NCBI GenBank assembly: GCA_030324005.1
Contig: JARDVH010000193.1
Location: 100,234,864-100,298,863, forward strand
Direction of reading: 5' to 3'
Length of the DNA: 64,000 nt
Source: Negaprion brevirostris
Lineage: Eukaryota
Position numbers and translations under genes: made by a program. The notes beneath the pieces were generated by a model. It had not been told where the DNA came from. It saw only the letters and a program-made list of their open reading frames with translations, and did no database searches. This document shows, one piece after another, positions 23,561 to 35,960 of this stretch; position 1 is the stretch's first letter, and each line of letters begins with the position of its first letter.

Positions 23561-26162
23561 AAAAGCCATAGTTTCTCTTTATTTGATGGATTAAGTACAG
23601 ATTTGCATACAGCCATCGCCAATGATTTCTGTTTGTGCTAATTCTAATTCCTGTACTTGCATGTTCCAATAGAGGTTCCCTCATCAAAACTGCTTCTGTG
23701 GTGATAGTCATCATAGTCTTTAGAAAGCAAATTGATGTTGTTATTTTGGTCACAACCTAAGCAAAAACAAATCAGAGAAGTGGCTGCTTGTACATTTTAA
23801 AGCACAACTCAGTATCAGGAAGCCCCTTAACCTTCAATGTTTTATTCCAAAACAATAACAACATGTATTTTCCATCTGACATCTTGTTTAATTCTTGTAG
23901 TGCTCCAAGGATAGTTACACAATTCCTGTAATTGCGACCTTTAAGACTCGATCAGTTTTAGGCCAGTTTTTGGTGATCAATGGCCATTGAATAATCGAAG
24001 GAATTCTGACTCCTAATTAGTTTATTTTGCAGCTGCAATTAGCTGCATTAGAATGTGATTGCTGAATACTAAAGACAGGAGTGGAGTCTTGGAGATTTGC
24101 CCAGTAAAAGGCAAATCCTTAAGCTTAACAGCTATAAGTGCAAAGAGCAGAATAATAGTTTTGTTTGTTAAAGATATACATATAGAGCTGAATTTTAATA
24201 TTGAGATGCATTAAGAGCAAGGGGTGTGACATAGGGATTCGATGAGGGTGGAGGGAATGGAGGGAGTGATAATAATGCATGTGAAACCCAGAAATGTATC
24301 CAATGTATATCTACGATATCTATGATTTTGTAAGACAATCATTTTATTGACATTTTATTTCTGGGTTTCCTATCCAATCATCATCAGCAGCAGGTATAAT
24401 CTTAACACCAGTGCTCAGACATAGATCTATAGTTGGCTGAGGAGCAGCAAAGATATAGTCTTCCCTAGCAATAACAGGAACAAACCAAGAAGCCAAGTGT
24501 TATGGACAAGAGATGGGGAAGCTGATCTTCTTTATCCCTTTCCATCTGTGTGTAAGGAGATGTGTTTTTGACTTATTTTTAAAATAGGCTTGGCATGTTT
24601 TTCAATAGCCTCAGTTTGTACGATCCAATTTCATATTAACTTGCAACAAACTTGTGTTATGATTAACTAAGAAGGTTAGATTATTCACATACAAAGCAGG
24701 AGGGATGGGGAACTGGGGAGGGTTCACAATCTCACAGACACACATATTCATATACTGTAAGGGGAAGAGTGGCAGAATGTAAGGAAGAGTTACAATTATG
24801 AACACCAGCATAAGAGAGGCACAGAAATGAACATTAGTTTACATGATTTCCAAAGCCTGAGAAGTCAAGGTCTGGAAGGTGTTTCCTTTTTGGTGGAGTT
24901 CAGTCCAGCTGAGGTAGAGACAACACAAAAATCCTTGGAAGAAATTATGATACTGCATGATAGGCTTTCTGTGCTTAGACCTATCGGCAGGTGATGATCA
25001 AAGACTTTTAAAATCAAATAGCCTGTGAGGAAGTGAGAGATGGTGGCCGGCTGTTTGGTCAGCCAAAAGATCTGCTGGAGTTCTTTCTGACTGGTGTTGA
25101 ATCAGCAGTCTGAACTGTGAGGCTAGAAATGTAATGTTTAAATAATCTAAAAAGCTAGAAGCATAGATTTATATGATATGGCTTAATGACTTAATTGCAG
25201 CCGTGCAACAGTTTCAGTGTTTCTGGCCAGAATCCATTATTCCCCTGAAGATCAAAATGATGTCTGCAAATATTTCTTCAGGTGTAATTTCCCTGTCTTT
25301 GTTATCACCTCACTTGAGGGCATCAGTTTCTCTGTTAGTTGTCTTTCATGATTATAATGTGGTCTTACAATGGCACATGTGATTCTGCAATGATGAGAGT
25401 GGAACTCTTTTGTTTTTGTAATTTCTGTTGGTAGCTCCAAGATGTCAATTGTCTGAGTCAAGTGACCTTTAGCTGCTGTTCCTTTGGTTCAGTAGAAGCC
25501 CATTGTAAAAGAGAGAAATAGAATTAAGTTTTGATGCATACAATTTTGGTTCCTTTTCATGTCTTATTGACATAATCCTTTCGCCCTTGGGAAAAAATGA
25601 ATTCTATTTCATTTTTCTTTTCATGTGGTCTTGTGAAAGAAAACAAAGAAGTACAGAGGTATACATTCATTCTCTCATTCATTAAAGTAAGTCAAGCACA
25701 CAGCTAGCAGATGTGAGGCAGTTTCTTGCTGCATTTTTGAGGTTTAACTCAGGATAGGGAGCCAGCAATGACATTGTCCTTGCCTGTAATGTGAGTGATG
25801 TTTAAGTGACCTGATTGTATTCAAAATCTATCTTTCTAGGGAAAAAACTATTGGGGGTGTTAGGGTTTCTGAATCTTTTTCTCTTTTGAGGAGAGTTATA
25901 AGCGAAGATAATGATTTTAGAACTCAGTCCCCCTTCAAAACCCAAGAAGTTATTGTCTAAAGGATCTTGGCAATTTTATGTGGTGGTAAGAAAGCATGTT
26001 GTTAATAACAGTCAAGTTGCTCTTGGTTATCCGTAGGGTAGTCAGTGTTTCCCATTATTTAAATGTAAGTTTTCTTGATGATGAGGCTGAACTGCTCTTG
26101 TCAATCTTAACTCTTTCCTGTGTACCATTATAACTTGTGAAAGCACCTGCTTAAACCCAGAT

Positions 26163-26340
26163 AGAGAATCATAGAGTTCTGCAGTGCAGAAGGAGGACGT
26201 TCAGCTCATTGAGCTTGCAACGGCAACAATCCCTCCCAGGCCCTATCCCTGTAACCCTGCTCATCCACTCTGCTAATTCTCCTGACACTAAGGATCAGTT
26301 TTTCATGGCCTATCAATCTAATGCACACATCTTTGGACTG
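26163..26340 (-). mobile_element. HE1-type SINE 3' half
   Basis: cagtccaaagatgtgtgcattagattgataggccatg and a CR1-like tail on the minus strand. Confidence 0.75.
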
Positions 26341-27846
26341 GTACCTTTACCAATCTGATTGCCAGGAGATTAGTGGGCTGTATTTTAATTCTTATCTGTC
26401 GGAAATCCGGTGTAGTGTCTGGCTTGACACAAGCACATCTTTCATAGGGATGTCTGCAGNNNNNNNNNNNNNNNNNNNNNNNNNNNNNNNNNNNNNNNNN
26501 NNNNNNNNNNNNNNNNNNNNNNNNNNNNNNNNNNNNNNNNNNNNNNNNNNNNNNNNNNNNNNNNNNNNNNNNNNNNNNNNNNNNNNNNNNNNNNNNNNNN
26601 NNNNNNNNNNNNNNNNNNNNNNNNNNNNNNNNNNNNNNNNNNNNNNNNNNNNNNNNNNNNNNNNNNNNNNNNNNNNNNNNNNNNNNNNNNNNNNNNNNNN
26701 NNNNNNNNNNNNNNNNNNNNNNNNNNNNNNNNNNNNNNNNNNNNNNNNNNNNNNNNNNNNNNNNNNNNNNNNNNNNNNNNNNNNNNNNNNNNNNNNNNNN
26801 NNNNNNNNNNNNNNNNNNNNNNNNNNNNNNNNNNNNNNNNNNNNNNNNNNNNNNNNNNNNNNNNNNNNNNNNNNNNNNNNNNNNNNNNNNNNNNNNNNNN
26901 NNNNNNNNNNNNNNNNNNNNNNNNNNNNNNNNNNNNNNNNNNNNNNNNNNNNNNNNNNNNNNNNNNNNNNNNNNNNNNNNNNNNNNNNNNNNNNNNNNNN
27001 NNNNNNNNNNNNNNNNNNNNNNNNNNNNNNNNNNNNNNNNNNNNNNNNNNNNNNNNNNNNNNNNNNNNNNNNNNNNNNNNNNNNNCATTCAAAATCCTAG
27101 ATTGCTACCTTAAACAGGATGTCTTGCCCTTGCAGCTCCTACTGATCTGCACATAATGTCCTGCAGCACAGTGATAGCAGGCAAGTGCAGCAGAGCCATG
27201 AAAGGAGTGACGGGAAAAGGGGACAGAAAAGTAGCAACGCTGCTCAAATCACTTTCCCTTCTCAACGGTTAACCACCACCTCTCCTCCCAACCCCCTCCT
27301 CACCTGTGATTGGTCCCCAACTTACTGCCTCCAGACCTGATTACTGAATCTGCCCGTGTGCAGGTAGAGGTGGGGCAATGCTTAGCAGGATCTTCGTAGG
27401 CTACAGATCTCAGAAGGAACATCTGAACAGTCTGAGCAGATTTGTGCAGCCTTTCTCTACCTCTGCACAAACCACAGGGTTGCAACAGGTGAAAGCGCAA
27501 GGAAAAGGAAGAGTAAAGATTTGTAGTTGCATATAAAAGGGATTCTTAGTTGTCTGCCAGACTGTTTTTTATTTGTATTATTGTGGGGGAAGGGGCGTAT
27601 GTTGCAGAAAGTGGTTGTGAGGTGTGAACCTAAGTGAACCTCATAATAATCAACAGACTAGACAGAAATGTACACAGTGTGTTGGTGTCTTGTCCTTTTA
27701 AACTTCTGCTTTTTCAAATTCCTCCTTGTGAAAATCCTCCAAAGCAACCTGTTCTCCTGAAGATCCACGGCTCATTGCTAAGCAGGCTGTACAGCTGCCA
27801 CAATCTTCCCGAAGACCATGGCTGCTGTGTACTAATGGGTGTTTCC

Positions 27847-28663
27847 AGATATAGGATACCTCCAGGAGCTGAGAAGACCTTTCAGAAACCCAAGGTCTGA
27901 TATCCAGGAATACCGGATTAAATGCCATATGGCCACCAGGTATATAATTGAACAATCTGGCAGAAAAATGAAGAGGTAAGGAGAAGGTGGCTGAATGGTA
28001 ATGTTACTTGACTAGTAATCCAGAGACCCAATATAATACTCTGGGGACTGGGTTCAAATCCTACCACTACAGATGGTGAAATCCAATAAAATTTGGATTT
28101 GTCCAGGCAGCTTTTTTTTCATTGGATGTGGGTGTCGCCGGCTGGGCCAGCATTTATTGCTCATCCCTAAATTATCCTTGAACAGAGTGGCTTGCAAGAC
28201 CATTTCAGAGGGCAGTTAAGAGTCAACCACATTACTGTGAATCTGAATGTAAGTCAGACCCAGTAAAGATGGTAGATTTCCTTCCTTAAAGATCGCCTTG
28301 ATAACTGCTAGACTTATTTACATGCTTCCAATACTTCTTCCGTCTACAGATTTTACTTGTATTTGAGAACCAGGTGGATTTTTATAATAATTGACAATGG
28401 TTTCATACCATTTAATTCCAGAGTTTTATTGGATTTCACCATCTGCAATGGTAGGATTTGAACTCAGGTGCCCTGATTTTGAGACTCTGGATTACTAGTC
28501 CAGTGACAATGCTATTTGGCCACCATCTCCTTATCCCTTCATTTTTCTGCTGGATTGTTCAATTACACACCAAATGGCCATATGGCATTTAATCCAGTAT
28601 TCCTGGATATCAGACCTCGGGTTTCTGAAAGGTCTTCTCAGTTCCTGTGAATATCCTTTGTCT
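27847..28663. repeat. Long inverted repeat, arms ~27847-28097 and ~28413-28663
   Basis: ctgagaagacctttcagaaacccaaggtctgatatccaggaataccggattaaatgccatatggcca is mirrored by tggccatatggcatttaatccagtattcctggatatcagacctcgggtttctgaaaggtcttctcag. Confidence 0.92.
28113..28530 (-). mobile_element. tRNA-headed SINE family B (LINE-B tail) with 73-bp internal insertion
   Basis: Antisense core aggaaggaaatctaccatc...cacagtaatgtggttgactcttaactgccctctga and tail agggatgagcaataaatgctggcc; homologous to the 45640 and 53097 copies. Confidence 0.8.
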
Positions 28664-28825
28664 TCGAGCTGCCAGCTGGTAACTCTGCTTCCAGGGGCAA
28701 AGATATTTGAACTTGTTATGTTATTTATTGTAATCATGGCTGACGTCAAATTCAGAACGCTGATCCTGCCTTCCCCCAATATCCCTTTAGCCTCATGAGT
28801 TGTATCTAATTTCTTCGTAAAAAAT

Positions 28826-28988
28826 AAAGTTTATCTATCAGCCACAAATAAGGCTTACATTAACACTGCAGTGTAATTCACTGCAGTGAAATTCCCCTAA
28901 CTGTCATAGTCTGGAGTCTGTTTGGGTCAATGCACCTAACCAGCATGTCTTTCAGAATGTGGGAGGAAACCGGACCATCCAGAGGAAA
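28826..28988 (-). mobile_element. HE1-type SINE 3' half, alternative tail
   Basis: cctcccacattctgaaagacatgctggttaggtgcattgaccc...cagtgttaatgtaagcctta on the minus strand. Confidence 0.8.
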
Positions 28989-28994
28989 TTGAAA

Positions 28995-29775
28995 TCACAC
29001 ATTTTGGCCTCAGCTACTTTTTGTAGTAATGAATTCCACAGACCCACTACTCTCTGAGCAAAAAATTTTCTCCTCACCTCAGTCCTTAACGGTTTACCCC
29101 TTATCCTCCAGCTATGACCCCCACCATTGGGAACATTCTGAATGTACCATGCCTAATCCTGTTAGAACTTTATAAGTTTCTATGAGATCCCCTCTCACTT
29201 TTCTAAACTCCAATGAATACAATCCTAGCTGACTTAGTCTCTCCTCACACGACAGCCCTGCCCTCCCAAGAATCAGCTGCTAAACTTTCGATGCATTCCC
29301 CCTATGGCAAGAACATCCTTCCTTTGAAAAGGACACTAAAACTGCGCACAATCGAAGGATGAGAGGTGACCTGATAGGGGTTTATAAGATGTTGAGGGGT
29401 ATAGATCGGGTGGATTCTCAGAGGCCATTTCTCAGGGCTGAAATGGTCGGTACGAGAGGACACAGGTTTAAGGTGCTGTGTAGTAGGTACAGAGGAGGTG
29501 TCAAAGATAAGTTTTTCACTTACCCTTGACATCTCATTGGTGGGTGAGTGGAATCGGCTGCCATCGGTGGTGGTGGAGGCAAACTCACTGGGGTCTTTTA
29601 AGAGACTTCTGGATGAGTACATGGGAGTTAATTGGATTGAGGGTTATAGATAGGCCTAGTAGGTAGGGATATGATCAGCGCAACTTGTGGGCCAAAGGGC
29701 CTATTTGTGCTGTTCTATGTTCTGTGTTAATATTCCAGGTGTGGCCTCGCCAATGCCCTATACAATTGCAGTAAT
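28995..29775 (-). mobile_element. CR1 fragment hosting a sense CR1 insertion
   Basis: Antisense CR1 ORF2 C-terminal region; aactgcgcacaat|...|aatattccaggtgtggcc rejoin across the insertion. Confidence 0.8.
29353..29728 (+). mobile_element. CR1 3' end nested in CR1
   Basis: RRMRGDLIGVYKMLRG..TRGHRFK; tail ttctatgttct; possible AAT target duplication. Confidence 0.88.
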
Positions 29776-30064
29776 CCCTGAAGAGATCAAACATACCCAC
29801 TGAGCTGTGGGAGACTCTGGCTTATGATGCATCAAAATGGAGAAGACTTATTCAGGAAGACATCAAAGACACTGAGAACCTTCAAAGCGAAGCTGTGGAA
29901 TCAAAAGGAGTGCAGCAGCCATCGCAACAACTCATGTAGCTGAATGTTCGCTCACCATCGATGTGCAGATCTCACATTGGGCATATAAGCCATCTCAGAA
30001 CACATCAGAACATTTCAAACCCCAGTGCAGTAATCCTTGATCCCAAGGAACTGCCTAAGAAGAG
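29776..30064 (+). mobile_element. RTE-clade LINE 3' end
   Basis: LKRSNIPTELWETLAYDASKWRRLIQE, a C2H2 remnant CRSHIGHISHLRTH, and tail atccttgatcccaaggaactgcctaagaag. Confidence 0.75.
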
Positions 30065-30360
30065 GAATTGACATCATTTTCTGCATTTGCTTCAACTGCC
30101 ACTGTATGCTCACTTTGCTCTCAATAGAGTTTTCCATGAAGCCCAGCGAATGTGTGGAGCACAAATCAAAGTTAAAAATCTGTGCTGAGGTCATCCAGAT
30201 TGAGTAACAAACACATTAATCAGCAATCCATCCCTCATGAAGGGCTTGTACACATGCAACTCAGTGAAATCTGTGAATCAATGAGTGGAACCTATTTCAC
30301 AGCACTTCTTTTATCCCCCTACTCACTCCCAAACCTGTGCAAGCCTGCTTGTGCAATCCT

Positions 30361-30618
30361 GTGGCACAGTGGCACATTGGTTAGCACTGCTATCTCAGAG
30401 TGCTCGGGACCAGGGTTCAATTCCTGGCTTGACTCACTGTCTGTGTGGATTTGCATGTTCTCTTGTGTCTACGTGGGTTTCCTCTCACAGTCTGAAAGAC
30501 ATGCTCATTAGGTACATTAACCCGAACAGGTGCCGGAGTGTCGTGCCTCGGGTAAATTTCACTGTAAATTCATTGCAATGTTAATGTAACCCTTTTTTGT
30601 GACAAATAAATAAACTTT
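30361..30618 (+). mobile_element. HE1-type SINE, alternative tail
   Basis: Head gtggcacagtggcacattggttagcactgc; tail cattgcaatgttaatgtaa...ttgtgacaaataaataaacttt. Confidence 0.88.
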
Positions 30619-31369
30619 TCAACTGATTAAAATCCATCCCATAATACATCCAACAGATACATCTTCATGCTACATGTGACCAGAGGAATACTTTGACTTG
30701 TGATGGACAAATTGCCACTACAAACAGTACTTCCCTGTTCGCAGTTAATTTAAAACCTATCAGAGCTGAAGTTTGGTAAAACGTGGAGGAAAGTGACAAG
30801 GTGTTACTAATTACTTTGCTTTTAGAAAGTTTGATGTGAATAGGCTGCAAAAAGGAGTGATGTCGGTGGAAAACTTAACTTGAACAGGAACAATCAAATG
30901 TTGATTAGGCAATGGAGAGTCAGTGAGTGCCGCAGCAATCTAACACTATTAGCATGATTGGCACCAGCTACTCCTTGATACTTCATCACATATTCTTGTC
31001 TCATGTGCTTTTCTGCACACCTCTTTAACTATAAAAAAGACAAACAATTTCTCCTTAAGAAGCAAGGATTCCAACATGTTTTGTTTACCATTCAAGATGC
31101 TTGGTAACAAGCCGTACACAGATCGCCTTGATAACTGCTAGACTTATTTACACGCTTCCAATATTTTTCCCCCCTACAGATTTTACTTGTATGAAAAATT
31201 TAAGAAAGCAGCTATGACACAAAGATTAGCAATTGCCTTTTTTTATGTGAAGCAAGCATTTGAGCTCAGAATGTATATTTCATCTAATTTTCATATAATC
31301 CCTTGGGTGAACTTTATGGCTTCACATGACCTCGGAAACCAGGAGGGCTTTAGAGAAAGTTGCAGTGGG

Positions 31370-33055
31370 AGAGGGAGGATCCAGTTGTCATGGTCCACAT
31401 TGGTGCCAATGACATAGGTAAAACTAGGAAAGAAGTTCTACATACAGAGTATTAGGAGTTAGACCCAAAATTAAAAAACAGAATCTCAAAGGTGGTAACC
31501 TCTGGATTATTACCTGACCTATGTGCAAATTGACATAGGATATTAAAACTAGAGAGATGAATATGTAGCTCAAGGTCTAGTGTGGGAGAATGGGTTCAGT
31601 TTGTAGAATGCTGGCACTAGTAGTGGTAAAAGTGGGGGTTGTACTATTGGGAAAATCAGTGCAGGTCCCCTAAAACAACCATATAGTAGGACACAGTTTA
31701 AAGTAAGAAATCATGGGATCTTATCAGAAAGGTGTAGCGATAATCATGGGGAATTGTCATATAGACTGGGAAAATCAGATGTGCGAGGGAAGCCTCGATG
31801 AGGAATTCATAGCATGATTTGGGGAAAGTTTCTCAGAGCAGTATGTTCTGATGCCACCCTCGGAACAAGCTGTACTAAACCTGGTTTGTGTAACAAGATT
31901 GATAGGATTACCTGATGCCGTTATTGTGAAGGCACCCATGGGTAGCAGTGATTATAATGTGACTGAATTTTACTTTCAGCTTGAGGGAGAGAAGAGTGAG
32001 TTCAAGGCAAGAATTTTAAACTTAAATAAGGGCAACTTTGAAGGCATTGAAGCACAGTGGCACAGTGGTTAGCATTGCTGCCTCACAGTGCCAGGCACTC
32101 GGGTTCGATTCCTGGCTGGGATCACTGTCTGTGTGGAGTTTGCACATTCTCCCTGTGTCTGCTTGGGTTTCCTCCCACATTCTGAAAGACATGCTGGTTA
32201 GGTGCATTGACCTGAACAGGTGCAAGAGTGTGTCAACTGTCAGAATTTCACAGTAGCTTCATTGCAGTGTTAATGTAAGCCTTACTTGTGACTAATAAAG
32301 AAACTTTAACTTTATAAATAAACTTTAGCTTTAACAGCTAGCAAAAGAGAACTGGCAAAAAAGATTATGGGATAGGTCAATAGAGATGTAGTGGTGGACA
32401 TTTAGGGGATATTTCAGAAGATATAAAATAAATGCATGACAATAAGAAAGAAAATTTCAAGGGGAGGACCCATCAGCCATGATTAACTAAAAAGGATACA
32501 GATAGCATTATACTTAAGTAAAAGCATATCATTGTGCAAAAGTGATTGCAGGTCAAAAGATGGGCGAAATATATAAAACAGCAAAGAATAACCAAAGATT
32601 GATAAGGAAAAATATGGGAGTATACGGGAAAAGATGCTGGAAACATAAAGACAGCTGGTAAGAGTTTCTATAGATAATTAAAAATTAAAAGGGTTTACAA
32701 AATGAGCATTGATCTGATAGAAAGTGAGTCTGTGGAATTAATTATGGAAAATAAGGAGATGGCAGATGAACTAAACAGGCATTTTGCAACAGTCTTGATT
32801 ATAGAGGAAACAAGTAACATCAGGTTGTGAGTCTTTTAAAATCTCTTCCTCAAAAGGTGATAGAAAAGGTCTTTAAATACTTTGAAAGAAGAAGTAGATA
32901 AGTTCTTGATAAGCAAAAGCGGTGAAGGGTTATCAGGAGTAGGTGGGAATGTGGAGTTGACATGCAAATCAGAACAACCATGATCTCACTGAATGGCAGA
33001 GTTGTCTCATGGGGCTGAGTTGCCTACTCCTGCTCCTAATTTTTATACCCGTATA
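31370..33055 (+). mobile_element. Internally deleted CR1 (ORF1 esterase part, ORF2 pieces, 3' end)
   Basis: VMVHIGANDIG (SGNH-like ORF1), APMGSSDYNVTEF...LNLNKGNF (ORF2), and 3'UTR gggctgagttgcctactcctgctcct. Confidence 0.85.
32052..32330 (+). mobile_element. HE1-type SINE, alternative tail, inserted in CR1
   Basis: Clean head with B-box-like gggttcgattcc; tail cttgtgactaataaagaactttaacttt. Confidence 0.9.
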
Positions 33056-33066
33056 TAAAATGCAAT

Positions 33067-33281
33067 GGGCAGCATTTTTCATGCCCCCCCTCAATCAACA
33101 GTGTGTTTTGTGGTACTGGAGGTGGCCCGCCATTGGGCAGCAATAGGATGATCCAATCCTGCCTCTATTAATGGAATTTCCTGTTGTTTGTACCCTTCAC
33201 TGCCAGGGAACTCATGGCGAGGGATTACCATCAGCGGAACCAGAAGATCATGTCAATGGGAATGGCCAAAAAATCCTTCCC
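33067..33281. mobile_element. 215-bp PIF/Harbinger-type MITE
   Basis: Imperfect TIRs gggcagcattttt / aaaaatccttccc, flanked by AAT on both sides (3-bp TSD). Confidence 0.75.
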
Positions 33282-35004
33282 AATAGCTTACCAGTCAGTA
33301 AACCACTGAATAATATGTAGCCAAATCATTTTGTATTAAGATAGGCATGAATGAATTATGGACCATTATTTTGAGGTTGTAAAGACAGAAAAACTGTCAG
33401 CTATCACCAACCCTACCCTGTGAAACTAATAACAACTTCTGTTGTTTGTACATATACTGCTAAAGGCCTCAAAATCAATTAAAAAACACTGATTTGATGT
33501 GAATTTCAACTTTTCATAGTAAAACCTCCTAAAACTATTAGATTGATGTGTAATTGGAATTTGAACCATATATTAAGTCATAACTATTGTTAAGTTTTCT
33601 GATCCTGAGAAAAATCTATTTTATCTTGGTAGAATATCAAATTTCTGTATTCCATGATAAAAAATTTCCATTTTTAAAAACTAATAGTATTATGTTTTTA
33701 AAGTGTTTTTGATGTTTCAGCTTCTACCATATGCTCCAATCTTTGTTTTGATTTCTGTATGATTAGCAAAAGTGAGTGATAAAACCTGCCTGTCAATTCC
33801 TGGTTAACGGTCAATGAGAATCCGTCATTGTTATTGGCTGTTTGGCCTACTTGATCGGGTCATTGATGCCGGATACCTGAAATCCCCTTTGGCTGTCACT
33901 AGAATGAGATTAACGTTGGGAAGGTTGAAATCTATGCTACAGAAATTGTCACAGTCAGTGGCAAGTTCCCTCACTGCGCCTCTCACTGCAAGATCTGAGC
34001 CAATAACTCAAGCTCTGGAAAGGTTTATTTTCATAAACCTCTGCTCCACATTTTTATTTAGATTATATTTAAACTAGGTGCAGAGGTAAAACAGAAATGA
34101 ATTATAAATGTGGCAAATAGAGATCTGGACGTATAGACTCGTGATTCTTGCTGACAGCTGTTGCACTTCATGATAGGTTTGGATTTCTATTTGATGTGCT
34201 TCAATGGCATGGATTGGAACTGTTGAATGTCATTTGGGGAGAGCTGGTATTTTCATTGTGTTCACTTCTAGTGACAGCTGATGACTGAATCCATTAGAAA
34301 CGAGGGCAATGGTTTGTCTGTCTTTTTGTCAGTGTAAAGAACAAAGCTCTGCACCTTTGTGGTGTTTAAGTTTATTCTTTTATGTGCTGGTCTGGTAAAA
34401 GAAGGGAGAAGTACGTGATAGGGACATGCATGGTTCATAGTGTGTTTTAAGAATCTGTGGCAGTATTTTTAATGTTATTAATTTAGATTTCCATCAAAAG
34501 GATTTAGTGAAAAACCACTGAGTGTCACTCATGGTTAAGCAATACAGTAAAAAGCAAGCCTTAAGAAAAGATATACCTTACCCTTTTTGAATGTTGTATT
34601 TGCCTTTTTATCTTTATTGGCTTGTTTTGTATTATTAATACAAAGTATCCATGAATATTGAATTGCTTAAAGTATACATAAAGGATAAATGTTTAGTTAA
34701 GCTTTGTTATTAATAATGGAGTGTTATATATAATCAAAGTTCATTATACAAGTGAGGACTGAGAAAACTAGTCCAAGGACCACTGCATCATCAGTGCCCT
34801 TGTTCTGGTTACGAGCTTATTTCACTGGAATCAGGCAAAATTGACTTATTTAAGTAATTCAGTTAAGCTCCCTATACAGTTTTTGCATGCTTAATAGAAG
34901 GTGAGGAACACAGAGAGCTTGGCTCATAAAAAAATCTGTTTCTCCTTCACTTCCCGACTGTTGGAGAAACAGTAGAATCTTGCTAGAACCATGAGAAAAA
35001 TCAG

Positions 35005-35960
35005 GGGTGGGATTCTCCCAGAAAAATTCTAAGTGCCAGATTTGCATAAAACTGGAGTAAATCCCATTGGTTTTTAATCGGGATTATCAAAATGAATCTT
35101 CCATTACTCTGTGCATCACAGAGCCTTAACGTGAATCTCAGTAAAAAGGTGTGGACGAGGCCTACTCTCGCTGGAGAGGCCAGCAGCATTGCACTGAGTG
35201 GGCCACTGCACATGTGCTGGTCTGTTAAAGCTGAGATCAGAACATGTGCAGTAGCTCCGCACTGCCGGTCTTCCGATCACAAGCCACCTTGATGGCCAAC
35301 CAGCCTCGCAATCCTGCCACACTGACTGTGTAAGCCCCCCCATACCCCGATCAGTGGCCTCCATGTCCAGGCCTACCTCATCTACACCGCCCCGATCTGC
35401 CTCAATCTTTCCCCTGCCCGCCGGTAGCCCAGATCTCCTGATCCCCCGTCCCTCTACTGGCAATCCCAACCCTACCTCCCACTCTGTGCAGTCCCAACTG
35501 TCAGCCCCCAACCCCCGCACGGCAAGCCGACCTCCCATCCCCGGCTATCCAAGCCCGANNNNNNNNNNNNNNNNNNNNNNNNNNNNNNNNNAACCCAAGT
35601 GCAGAGTGGCAGTGGGACACGACACCCCTGTCCCTATCAATCTCCCCCTCCCAGAGGCCAATGTCTCCCCATTAGCCCCACCAGTCTCGACACTGCCCAA
35701 TGCCTGATGGGCAGTGTTATGGTGCCCCCGCAGCATTACCACTTTTCCCCTTAGGCAGTGCCAGAGGGTCAGGCTGGTACTGCCAAGCTGGCAATGCCAA
35801 GGGGGTAGCCCCTCTTACCCCTGACCTCCAGCAGGGTCAGACTGTTAGCTCCCCGCAAATGGGGAACTGTTGTAAACCCTGCAAAAGTGAATCACTCCTG
35901 GCAGGGGAGGAGATGCTAGTGGGCCTGGAGGCTGCTGTCCCAGGCCTGTACATAAAATGG
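35005..35960 (+). mobile_element. GC-rich non-autonomous Harbinger-type element
   Basis: Starts gggtgggattctccc. Homologous in reverse orientation to 59423-60070 and 11145-11310. Confidence 0.72.

Noticed and set aside
32052-32125. tRNA-like sequences with A/B boxes
   Set aside because: These are SINE heads continuing into V-domains, not tRNA genes.
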